In this document: positions 17,226 through 25,895 of the stretch, piece by piece
How positions within the stretch are numbered: position 1 is the first letter of the stretch
Layout: every line of letters begins with the position of its first letter
The notes under the pieces: generated by a model
The model's database searches: none
What the model saw: only the letters and a program-made list of their open reading frames with translations
Told to the model about the DNA's origin: nothing
Translations under genes and position numbers: made by a program
Assembly (NCBI GenBank): GCA_963704755.1
Contig: OY969938.1
Coordinates: forward strand, 3,480,001-3,512,000
From: an uncultured Chloroflexia bacterium
GTDB taxonomy: Bacteria; Chloroflexota; Anaerolineae; Anaerolineales; Anaerolineaceae
Length of the DNA: 32,000 bases
Direction of reading: 5' to 3'

Positions 17226-18191
17226 CTATGGCACCCGGTGTAACGGCTCCTGGCCTTGTAAAACCGCCAGGCAATCTTGCATGGCCATCCAGCCCATGTT
17301 GCTGGTGGCGCCGTCGGTTTGTGCGCCGAGGTGCGGGGTGGCGATCACCTGGGGCAGGGCCAGCAAGGGGTTATGCGGATCAGGCGGTTCGGGGGAGAAG
17401 GCGTCCAGGGCGGCGCCGCGCAGGCGCCCGCTTTGCAGGGCTTGCAACAGGGCCGCCTCGTTGACCACTTCGCCGCGGGAAGTATTCACCAGGTAAGCGC
17501 CCGATTTCATTTTGGCCAGAAAATCAGCATCGACCAGCCCGGCAGTCTCCGGCAGGAGCGGCAAGTGCAGGCTGATGAAATCGGCTTGCGGCAGGATCTG
17601 ATCGATTTCCAGCAGGCTAATGCCCATTTGCTGGATAAAGGCCAGGTCTGGATACGGATCGTAGGCCAGGATGCGGCAATCAAAACCGGCCAGGCGGCGG
17701 GCAAGCTGTTTGCCGATGGCTCCCAGTCCAAGGATGCCGATGGTTTTCCCTTGCAGCGATTGCCCGCTCAAACGGGGCCATTTTCCGCAGTGCACCGCTT
17801 CGACCGCCTCAGGGATCTGGCGGGCCAGGGCCAGCATCAGGGCCAGGGCCAATTCGGCCACCGAAACCGAGTTGGCGCCGGGGGTATTGGTGAGCACAAT
17901 ATTTTTTTGGCGAGCGGCCGAATGGTCCACGTTATCGACGCCGACCCCGTAGCGGGAGATGACCTTCAGGCAGTCGGCAGCTTGCAGAGCGTCGCAATTA
18001 ATCTCGTCCAGGCCGGCGATGTAGCCATCGATGCCCGGCAGCAGCCTGGCGACTTCACCGGAAGTGAGCGGTTTCCCGGTCGGGTTGTAAACCACTTCGC
18101 CGACCTGTTCTTCCAGTTGGCTCTTCAGGCAGGGGTCGTTTTTGCCGTAGGAAGTGGGGGTTACTAACAAACGTGCTTTTTTAAGATCCAT
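17226..18191 (-). CDS. D-isomer-specific 2-hydroxyacid dehydrogenase (SerA/GyaR-like)
   Basis: ORF 17226-18320. The ATG at 18189-18191 (MDLKKARLLV) is preferred because the longer form overlaps the upstream gene. GKTIGILGLGAIGKQLA, LVNTSRGEVV and TPHLGAQT. Confidence 0.85.
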   Translation of the reverse strand: MDLKKARLLVTPTSYGKNDPCLKSQLEEQVGEVVYNPTGKPLTSGEVARLLPGIDGYIAGLDEINCDALQAADCLKVISRYGVGVDNVDHSAARQKNIVLTNTPGANSVSVAELALALMLALARQIPEAVEAVHCGKWPRLSGQSLQGKTIGILGLGAIGKQLARRLAGFDCRILAYDPYPDLAFIQQMGISLLEIDQILPQADFISLHLPLLPETAGLVDADFLAKMKSGAYLVNTSRGEVVNEAALLQALQSGRLRGAALDAFSPEPPDPHNPLLALPQVIATPHLGAQTDGATSNMGWMAMQDCLAVLQGQEPLHRVP

Positions 18192-18195
18192 GGGA

Positions 18196-18777
18196 TCAGG
18201 CCTTCTTCCAGCGTGGGTTATCGACAATCTGGATACCGTTCTCGTTTTCGACGACCAGCTTGTGGAAACCCTGGCGTTCGATCGTGCCGTAGTCGTGCCC
18301 GGCGTTGCCCGGGTAGGCAAAAAACGTGACCAGGTTTTCCTGGCGCGAGGTGCATACCGAGCGGTGGGCCCAGCGCGGCGGCACGTACAGGCAGCGCCCG
18401 GGCGAAAGCGGCTCGACCCGCGCTTCTCCTTCGGGCGTTTCCATCACCATAAAGCCTTCGCCTTCCAGGCAGTAATACAGTTCGGCGGTCTCCAGGATGG
18501 AATGGAAATGGCCTTTGGTCATGAAGAACTCCTGGCCCACCTTGCCCGGGTGAACGATGGAAAGGCCCATCAAAAATTCACCGGCAAGCTCGGGCCGGCG
18601 GATCTCGTAAACTTCGTAAATCAGGCGGTCATCCGCGGCCAGCATGCGCTGAAATTCTTCTTGATCGAGGAAAATTCCATCGAGATTAGAAAGCCGGCGT
18701 TGAAGGTGGTTGTCTCCCCATTGCTGGATGGTTCTGGATTCGGGGAGTGAAAACGAAAAAGGAAAATCGGACATCAT
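18196..18777 (-). CDS. cupin-type glucose-6-phosphate isomerase-like protein
   Basis: 193-aa ORF. TKGHFHSILETAELYYCLEGEGFMVME...LYVPPRWAHRSV matches the metal-binding cupin motifs of archaeal-type cPGI as I recall them. Confidence 0.65.
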   Translation of the reverse strand: MMSDFPFSFSLPESRTIQQWGDNHLQRRLSNLDGIFLDQEEFQRMLAADDRLIYEVYEIRRPELAGEFLMGLSIVHPGKVGQEFFMTKGHFHSILETAELYYCLEGEGFMVMETPEGEARVEPLSPGRCLYVPPRWAHRSVCTSRQENLVTFFAYPGNAGHDYGTIERQGFHKLVVENENGIQIVDNPRWKKA

Positions 18778-18797
18778 TAAAAACTCCGCATACAGGA

Positions 18798-19769
18798 TTA
18801 TTCGGGCAAACCCACCAGGCGGCGGGCGATATTGTCTCCTAACATCAGGGTGAGATCGACCTGGGGGATCTCACGAGCGAGCAGTTGTTTTCGAATGTGC
18901 GTGGGTAAACTGGCCAGGCCGGGTCCGCCGCCAAGATTGTGGTACATCTGGCGGTCGGCCATGTCGGTGGCCAGGGCAACCCGATTGGCCAGGCCGGCCG
19001 CGACCATTTTTTCGATGAGCGGCCAGAGATTTTCTTCGGGTTGGTACTTGGGCCGGTAGAAGGTGTCGTATTCCAACAGGACACCTGCCTGGGCTAATTC
19101 TTTATGCAGCCCAAAATCGGCCCGTTTGTCCATATGGCACAGCACGAGCTGGCCCAGGCCAACCCCGCGGCACAGGAAAAACTCGGCTACTTCATGAGCC
19201 ATGGCGCCCTTCTCGGTGTGAATTTCGAGCATTGCGCCGGTCTGCGAAGCGCACAGCGCGGCTCCTTCCAGGGCGGCTGCGGGGGTATTTTCCAGGCTCG
19301 CTTCGATGGCAATTTTGATGAAGCCTGCTCGAACGAGAAAAACACTCGAGCGTGTCTCCGCCAGCCCCTCGGACAACTCGGAAGCCATAAAACTGGCGAT
19401 CCCCTCCGGTTTGGCCCGCCAGAGCCAGAAATCCGGAGAATAATATTTGCGCAGATGAAAACCTGTGCAGGCCACGATCTTGACGCCGCTGGCCCGGGCC
19501 AGCTCCCGCAGGGAATTGCCGTTACGGCCGCAGCCGGCCGGCTGGCAGTCCAAAATTGTGTCTCCACCGGCCTTATGATATTCGTAAAGCTCAGCGCAAA
19601 TCGGGTGGAACTGGTTCAACACCGGGCTGGCCGGGTCCGAATCGGCCACCGGGTCGATCCAGACGTGGTTATGGGCGTCGGTCAATCCCAATAATGGAAA
19701 TGGAACTGGCCCGGTAACGGTTTGGACCAGGCGCGTGCTGCCCGGGAGGGGTTGCGGCGAGGGGAACAT
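18798..19769 (-). CDS. phosphotriesterase-related protein (amidohydrolase fold; possible lactonase)
   Basis: 323-aa ORF. HNH near the N-terminus (DAHNHVWI), GFIKIA (candidate carboxylated Lys), EIHTEKG, LCHMD and LATDMA fit the PTE/PHP metal-ligand pattern. The ATG shares one base with the upstream stop (TGATG). Confidence 0.65.
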   Translation of the reverse strand: MFPSPQPLPGSTRLVQTVTGPVPFPLLGLTDAHNHVWIDPVADSDPASPVLNQFHPICAELYEYHKAGGDTILDCQPAGCGRNGNSLRELARASGVKIVACTGFHLRKYYSPDFWLWRAKPEGIASFMASELSEGLAETRSSVFLVRAGFIKIAIEASLENTPAAALEGAALCASQTGAMLEIHTEKGAMAHEVAEFFLCRGVGLGQLVLCHMDKRADFGLHKELAQAGVLLEYDTFYRPKYQPEENLWPLIEKMVAAGLANRVALATDMADRQMYHNLGGGPGLASLPTHIRKQLLAREIPQVDLTLMLGDNIARRLVGLPE

Positions 19770-20827
19770 CAGGGTTCCAGGACGATTTTCAGCGACTTGC
19801 GGTCTTCGGCGGCGGCGAAAGCCTGGGCCACATCACTAAGCGGGAAGCGCTGGCTGACCATTTCGCTCAGATCGACCAGGCCGGATTGGATGATTTGGGT
19901 GGCCTGGCGGCAATTTTCGGTGCTGCAAGCCGTCGAACCGGTGATCACCAGTTCTTTGTAGTGCACCTGGTTCGAATCCAGTTGGATGGTGGGCCGGTCC
20001 TTCGGCAGGCCGCCAAAGAAGCAAATCCGCCCGCCGATCCCGGCCAGGCTCAAAGCGCTTTCCTGGGCGGCGTTGGCCGGGGCAGCCACGATGACCACGT
20101 TAGCGCCCAGCCCGCCGGTTTCCTGATCCAGCACGGATTGGAGGTCCTCCTGGGTGGGGACGACCACCCGGTCGGCGCCCATGCGGGCGGCCTGGGCAGC
20201 CCGGTCGGGGATGGGTTCGCTGACAATTACCCGCCCGGCGCCGCGCGCCTTGGCCAGCTTGACGTGCATGACGCCGATCGGGCCGGCGCCCAGCACCAGG
20301 ACCGTTTCACCGGGCTGAATGTGCAAGGCATTCTGGCCGCGCAGAACGCAGGCGAAAGGTTCCGTCAGGGCGGCCGCGGCCGGGTCAACGTTGGGAGCCA
20401 GGGGAATAATGCCCCCCTGCAGGACCAGGTTGGCCGGTATGCGGACGTAGTCCGCGAAGCCGCCATCGATGGTCACACCGACTGCGTCGTAGTTGGCGCA
20501 CAGGTTGTTGTTCCCGCTGATGCACTGGGCACAATGGCCACAGCCCATATTGGGCGCGACAAAGACGCGCTGCCCGGTGGCGACGGTAGTCACGCCCAGG
20601 CCGGTTTCGACGATGGTGCCCACAATTTCATGGCCGGGTATGCGGATGGTGCCGGCCGGGAATTTGCGATGGCCGCCGTGCAGAATGCGCAGGTCGGTAC
20701 CGCAAATGCTGGCGTCTTCTACCTTGACCAATAATTCGCCGGGGCCTATTGCGGGTACCGGCACGTTTTCCAGGCGGATATCGTTCGGGCCGTGATAAAC
20801 TGCTGCTAACATTGCCCCTCCTTTCAT
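19769..20827 (-). CDS. zinc-dependent alcohol/polyol dehydrogenase (MDR family)
   Basis: 352-aa ORF. GHEIVG, the structural-zinc Cys cluster GCGHCAQCISGNNNLC, and VLVLGAGPIGV. ATGA overlap with the upstream gene. Confidence 0.85.
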   Translation of the reverse strand: MKGGAMLAAVYHGPNDIRLENVPVPAIGPGELLVKVEDASICGTDLRILHGGHRKFPAGTIRIPGHEIVGTIVETGLGVTTVATGQRVFVAPNMGCGHCAQCISGNNNLCANYDAVGVTIDGGFADYVRIPANLVLQGGIIPLAPNVDPAAAALTEPFACVLRGQNALHIQPGETVLVLGAGPIGVMHVKLAKARGAGRVIVSEPIPDRAAQAARMGADRVVVPTQEDLQSVLDQETGGLGANVVIVAAPANAAQESALSLAGIGGRICFFGGLPKDRPTIQLDSNQVHYKELVITGSTACSTENCRQATQIIQSGLVDLSEMVSQRFPLSDVAQAFAAAEDRKSLKIVLEP

Positions 20828-21873
20828 TGAGGGTGTTTCTCTTCCAGAACTTCGGCCAGCTTGACCGGGCGCTCTTCCAGGAACGAACGTGTGGCGGCCA
20901 ATACGCCGGCCACCGCCCAGCGGCCTTCGTCACCGCCGACCTTCGGGGTGGTTTCGTTCTGGATGCTCTCGACGAAATGCTCCATTTCGTTGATATAGCC
21001 CCATTGGAAGCGCTGCGACCATGTGCGGTAAATGGGGGTAATCAGGCCCTGGTCGCGGTTGGTGCAAATGACCACGTCCTGGCCGCGCAACTCGCCGATC
21101 TGCAAGATGCCTTTCTCGCCGACTACCTCTACCCGGCCATCGTACCCGTAACCGCACGGGCAGATGCCCGAAATCGAGCCCAGGCTGCCGTTTTCGAAAT
21201 GGACGTTAACCAGGACGTTGTCGTAAAAGTTGGGTGTATCGACGTTGTTGGCAGCGCCTTTGAAATTGGCCACTTCGGTGTAGACCCGGTCGTAATTCGA
21301 GCCGACCATCCAGCGAATAGTGTCCCAATCGTGGCTGTTGACCTCGGCCAGCATGCCATTGGAGGTGCGCAGGTCGCGTGCCCAGGCCGGCGGCAGGCCG
21401 GGGCCATGGGTCAGCGATTTGATCAGCATGGGCTGGCCGATTTCGCCGGCCTCGATCCGGCTCATGGCTTCCGTAAATTCGGGCTGGAAGCGGCGCATAA
21501 AGCCAAGCTGGAGCAGGATTTTATTTTGTTGGGCGGCCTGGATAATCGCATCGCATTCCTCCAGGTTGAGCGCCATGGGTTTTTCCAGGAAAACATGTTT
21601 GCCGTAACCGGCTGCCAGGCTGGCGATGGCACGGTGGGTAAACGTGGGCGTGGTGATGATGACCGCGTCGAAGGCGACTTTGTCGATCGCCTGTTCCAGG
21701 ATGTCGAATTGGGCCTCGATCCCAAATTCGTCCGCCGTCTGCTGGCGCACGGTCTGCATGGGATCGACCAGGGCCACGATTTCAGCGCCCGGTACGTGTT
21801 GGGTAATTGCGCGGGAATGGTTTTTACCGACCCGTCCAGCGCCGATCATACAAATTCGGATCCGATTTTTCAC
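20824..21873 (-). CDS. Gfo/Idh/MocA family oxidoreductase
   Basis: 349-aa ORF, GTG start with AGGAG 7 nt upstream. IRICMIGAGRVGKNH Rossmann N-terminus and EKPMAL motif. Confidence 0.85.
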   Translation of the reverse strand: MKNRIRICMIGAGRVGKNHSRAITQHVPGAEIVALVDPMQTVRQQTADEFGIEAQFDILEQAIDKVAFDAVIITTPTFTHRAIASLAAGYGKHVFLEKPMALNLEECDAIIQAAQQNKILLQLGFMRRFQPEFTEAMSRIEAGEIGQPMLIKSLTHGPGLPPAWARDLRTSNGMLAEVNSHDWDTIRWMVGSNYDRVYTEVANFKGAANNVDTPNFYDNVLVNVHFENGSLGSISGICPCGYGYDGRVEVVGEKGILQIGELRGQDVVICTNRDQGLITPIYRTWSQRFQWGYINEMEHFVESIQNETTPKVGGDEGRWAVAGVLAATRSFLEERPVKLAEVLEEKHPQ

Positions 21874-21950
21874 AATAATCTCCTTTTTCGAAAGATATCT
21901 GTAAATTCAATAACTTCTCAAGCAGGTTCAGAAGATATGGGTGTTTTTTA

Positions 21951-22038
21951 GTAACTACTCAGGTTCCTACCCGTTCGGCTGAGCAGTTATGTTTTTTATT
22001 GTTTTTTGTGCGCGAAGCACACAAAAAACAATAAAAAC
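21951..22038. repeat. flank motifs plus T-rich palindrome (family P2) inside the operon
   Basis: gtaactactcaggttcctacccgttcggctgagcagttatg, then 19-bp arms gtttttattgttttttgtg (21992-22010) / cacaaaaaacaataaaaac (22020-22038) with a gcgaagc apex. Confidence 0.85.
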
Positions 22039-22129
22039 CTTTTTCCTCCCCGGTGTCGAATACTTTTTTCGAAAATTAATGGATTGCGTGGTGGTTTGGC
22101 ATCTTTCTGGGAAACCAGATGGTTTTCCG

Positions 22130-23699
22130 TTAATCTGGGTCAGCCGCAGCGGAAGCAGAGTTTGTATCGGCAAAAAATTGGGCAGCCATTGCTTCCATGT
22201 GGGCGTATTTTTTGACCAGCGGTCGATACACGGCCTGGTTGGCAGGGTTTGGCAAGCAAGGCGCACCGCTTGGATGAGCGCATTCACCGGCTTTGGCGGC
22301 CAGGTCGTCGAACAGGCCGGCGGCTTTACCGGCCAGCATGGCGGCGCCCCAGGTGCCAAATTCATTGCCGGCCAACCTGCGGTAAGGCACTCCCAGCACG
22401 TCGGCTTTGATCTGGTTCCAGGCCGGGCTGTGCGCGCCGCCGCCGACCACACGGGCTTCGATGAGCTGCAAGCCAGGTAAAAGCTCGCGCAAGATATTCA
22501 GGTAACCGGCATACTCGTAGGCGACGCCCTCGAGCAGCGAGCGCAGGAAATAAGCCTGGGTATGGCCCCAGGAAAAGCCGAGCCAGGCCCCACGCATTTG
22601 CGGGTCGGCCGGGCAAATCCGCCCGCCCAGGTGTGGGGAGAACAGCAGCCCATCCGAGCCGGCCGGCACATGCTCGATCCATTGGGTCATGGCGCCATAC
22701 AAGTCACCGTCTGGCAAACCCAAAGATTGCCCGCGAAAGGTGTTGTAGAACTGGTCGCGAAACCAGCGCAGGGCAATGCCGCCCCCGGCGATGTAGGCCA
22801 GCGGGTTCCACAAGCCGGGGATGACCGAGCGCATGGTCAGCAAGGTGCGGTGCTGCTCGTCGGCGACAAACGCATCGGTGCAGCCGGCCAATACGGCGGC
22901 GGTACCGGCCACGTCGAAAAGCATACCCGGCCGGACGATGCCGGCTCCCAGCGCATTGACGGCCGTATCTCCGGCGCCGGCGGCGATAATTGTGCCGGGG
23001 GCCAGGCCAAAATCGGCGGCCGCTGCGGGGCTGACCTCGCCGATGACCTCCCAGGGCGCGACGATGCGGGGCAGCTTCTCCTGGTCCAGGCCGAAGGTGC
23101 GGCAGAGCTCATCCGACCAGACCGTTTTTTGTGCGTCGGCAAAACCCGAAAAATGGATAAAGGTGTAGTCTATGTAGGCCTGGTCGCCCTTCAGGCCGGC
23201 CATCTTTCCGGCCACATAGGCGGCCGGCATGACAAATTTGACGATCTTCTGGTAATCCTGGAGGCGCTCGTTCTTCCACCACAGCATTTTGGGACCGTGG
23301 TCGCAGGTGGGCGGGCAGCCGGTAATCCGGGTGATTTTGTCGCCGGCTTCACACTCCATCCAATCGATGTAGGGCTGGCAGCGCATATCCAGCCAGGAGT
23401 CGAAACGGGTGGCGGGCTGATAATCCTGGTCCACCGAGCCGACCCCGGCCATCTGCGAATTCGAAGGCGATCGCAGCGATTTCGCGCGGGTCGATCCCGC
23501 TGGCGCTGACACATTGGCGCACGGTCTGGGCAGCGCTGATGTAAAAGTCTTCATTGGCTTGTTCCACCACCCCCGGCTGGGGATAATAGATGGGCACCTC
23601 CTGGCTGGCTTCGCTGATTAACCTGCCATCCGCGTTGTAGAGCGCAGCCTTGGTGCTGCTGGTGCCCAAATCGACGCCGATCAAGAACTCTTTTGCCAT
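22130..23699 (-). pseudogene. FGGY family carbohydrate kinase (xylulokinase-like), frame broken near 23459-23462
   Basis: The N-terminal ORF (23699 down) reads MAKEFLIGVDLGTSSTKAAL...DPREIAAIAFE and then loses similarity. The second ORF picks up at ...NSQMAGVGSVDQ and continues with FGGY C-terminal motifs (AGAGDTAVNALGAG, VVGGGAHSPAWNQIKADVLG). Removing one A from gaattc on the coding strand gives AIAF-D-SQMAGV. Confidence 0.85.
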
Positions 23700-23882
23700 T
23701 TCGATCTCCCGGCCGCGGCCAATATGCAGAAATACGCGGCGCCGCTTTCGTGCGTCAGCGCCTTGTTCAGGGTTATCCGAATGTTTGTGTCTAAGGGTTA
23801 CGTTACGTTATGGTGATTTGCCCGGGCTTTGCCCAAGATCCTTGCCGGTCAGGCTGAGCGATTACTCGTTGTCCAGAGAAAT

Positions 23883-24695
23883 TTATGAAGGCGGGTTCGT
23901 GAATTTCTCATTCTGATCCGAAAAGGCAGGATGCGGATCCTGCAATCGGACCAGATCTACTTCGAATCGGGACCGGTCGCCCCGGTGGAGCGCATGGTAA
24001 TATTCGATGGGTGAGCCGTCGTCGATGTAGCTGACGCTGTCGAGTAACAGGAGCGGCGCCCCGCGTTCGATCTCGAGCAGCTTGGCCTCTGCCTCGTTGG
24101 CAGCGACCGCCTCGATGTAGCGATGGCCGCGCGTCAGGGTGATGCGGCACTCTTTTTCCAGGAAATCGTACAAGGAGCGGTTGGTCAATTCGGCGGTGGC
24201 CAGTTGCGGGCATCTCTCGTAGGGAATGTACGTCGTAACGATTTGGATCGGCTCGGTATTGACGTAGCGCAAGCGCATGATATCGATCACCTGGGTGCCG
24301 GCCGGAATTTCGAGATACTGGCTGACTTTTTCGTCGGCCGGAATCACCCGCTGGTGCAGCACACTCGAGATGGGTTTCAACCCGCGTTCGACCATATCCT
24401 GGTAAAATCCAGTTAGCTTCTGGACCAGTCCTTCGCTGATCTTCGGCTCGGCAACAAAAGTGCCTTTTCCTTTACGCCGGGTGATCAGCCCATCTAGTTC
24501 GAGCTGGTTCAGTGCCTGGCGGACAACGGTGCGGCTGACAGAGTACATCTCGCACAGGTCCTGCTCGCCAGGGATCTGGACGCCTGGGGTCCAGACCTTC
24601 TGATTGATCTGCTCGCGAAGCAGTTCGATCAGTTGCAAGTAAAAGGGGATGTGGCTATCGAAATCTATCGCTGATTTTTGCTCCATACTGGTCAT
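23883..24695 (-). CDS. GntR family transcriptional regulator (HutC-like, UTRA effector domain)
   Basis: 270-aa ORF. IPGEQDLCEMYSVSRTVVRQALNQLELDGLITRRKGKGTFV is a classic GntR wHTH. The C-terminal half is UTRA-like. Confidence 0.85.
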   Translation of the reverse strand: MTSMEQKSAIDFDSHIPFYLQLIELLREQINQKVWTPGVQIPGEQDLCEMYSVSRTVVRQALNQLELDGLITRRKGKGTFVAEPKISEGLVQKLTGFYQDMVERGLKPISSVLHQRVIPADEKVSQYLEIPAGTQVIDIMRLRYVNTEPIQIVTTYIPYERCPQLATAELTNRSLYDFLEKECRITLTRGHRYIEAVAANEAEAKLLEIERGAPLLLLDSVSYIDDGSPIEYYHALHRGDRSRFEVDLVRLQDPHPAFSDQNEKFTNPPS

Positions 24696-24706
24696 AAGCC
24701 TGCCTT

Positions 24707-24759
24707 GTTGTAATCCTGTTATTACAACCTATTATAAGAAAAACTAAGGGATCAGTCAA
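24707..24759 (-). promoter_or_regulatory. promoter and palindromic operator of the GntR gene
   Basis: On the minus strand: TTGACT (24754-24759), 17-nt spacer, TATAAT (24731-24736). Just downstream is a perfect 8-bp inverted repeat, gttgtaat-N6-attacaac (24707-24728), 12 nt before the ATG. Confidence 0.6.
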
Positions 24760-24920
24760 TAAGCAATTTCAGGGTTTGTTAATGAAGGCGCATTTTAACC
24801 TGTCCGGCGAGTAAATGTAGGGAGGCGGCTTCGCCTTTTTGTTCCAACTCGAGAGGGAAAATAGATTGCCTCAGTCATAACAAAGCAGCCGGCTTTTAGG
24901 GCTGGGCGACTACTTTGCTC

Positions 24921-25003
24921 TTAATCCGACTGGGTTTGGATGGACGGGGCTCGCCCTCACCCCCACCCCTCTCCCAGAAACGGGAGAGGGGCTAAGAAAG
25001 TGC
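24921..25003. repeat. 83-bp bracket repeat A, copy 1
   Basis: ttaatccgac...cccctctcccagaaacgggagagggg...aagtgc. Contains a perfect 10-bp stem, cccctctccc / gggagagggg. Copy 2 at 25813-25895 differs at 6 positions by my count. Confidence 0.9.
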
Positions 25004-25797
25004 GCCGGCCTTGCTACCCCCCGGCTTAGAAAGCCGGGCTACGGGCGGGCTTGGACAGCGTAGCTCGGGTTTCCAACCCGAGAGAGCGCTTGCCAAACTG
25101 AATCCCGGCTATGGGATCCGGCCCTTGCCGAAAGTGAGACCCACGCAGGTGGGTCTTTGTGTACACGTAGGTGCAGCTTTAGCTGCTGCGAGCCTGTTCA
25201 GAGATGCCGGCCTTGCCACCCCCCCCGGCTTTGAAAGCCGGGCTACGGGCAGGCTTGGACAGCGTAGCTCGGGTTTCCAACCCGAGTGAGCGCCGCCCGG
25301 CCTTAATCCTGGCTATGAATAGAGTTTTGCCAAAAGAGAGACCCACGCAGGTGGGGCTTGGTGTACGCGTAGGTGCAGCTTTAGCTGCTGCGGGCCTGTT
25401 CAGAGATGCCGGCCTTGCTACCCCCCGGCTTAGAAAGCCGGGCTACAAGTAGGCCTGTACAGCGTAGCTCGGGTTTCCAAACCCGAGAGAGCGCCGGCCA
25501 AACCGAATTCCAGCTATGGGATCAGACTCTGCCAAAAGTGAGACCCACGCAGGTGGGTCTTCGTGTAGTTGTAGGTGCAGCTTTAGCTGCCGCGGGCCCG
25601 GTCAGAGGCGTTGGCCTTGCTACCCCCCCGGCTACGGGCAGGCTTGTCAGCGTAGCTCGGGTTTCCAAACCCGAGAGAGCGCCGGCCAAACAGAATTCCA
25701 GCTATGGGATCAGGCTCTGCCAAAAGTGAGACCCACGCAGGTGGGTCTTTGTGTACTTGTAGGTGCAGCTTTAGCTGCTGCGGGTCTTGTCAGAAAC
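25004..25797. repeat. tandem array of four units (202, 202, 202, 188 bp)
   Basis: Units begin with gccggccttgc at 25004, 25206 and 25408, and with gttggccttgc at 25610. Four conserved stem-loops per unit. Unit 4 lacks the first stem-loop. Confidence 0.9.
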
Positions 25798-25812
25798 GCC
25801 GGCCTTGCTACT

Positions 25813-25895
25813 TTAATCCGACCAGGTTTGGATGGCCGGGGCTCGCCCTCGCCCCAACCCCTCTCCCAGAAACGGGAGAGGGGCTAAGAAAGAGC
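25813..25895. repeat. 83-bp bracket repeat A, copy 2
   Basis: Same length and order as 24921-25003. Flanked on both sides by gccggccttgctac (25798-25811 and 25896-25909). Confidence 0.9.

Noticed and set aside
20749-21951. 400-aa plus-strand ORF, and similar long antisense ORFs (742-1440, 7905-8648, 10987-11856, 17277-18167, 19886-20734, 22562-23509, 27378-28166, 29265-30125, 31456-31992)
   Set aside because: Each lies entirely antisense to a gene with clear family motifs. They are Arg/Gly/Ala/Pro-rich, as expected for antisense frames of GC-rich coding DNA, and have no recognisable motifs.
24823-24840. Small hairpin aggcg-gctt-cgcct followed by TTTTT as a terminator
   Set aside because: The stem is only 5-6 bp and no upstream plus-strand gene or promoter was found. 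It is too weak to call, and is noted only because it contains GCTTCGC.
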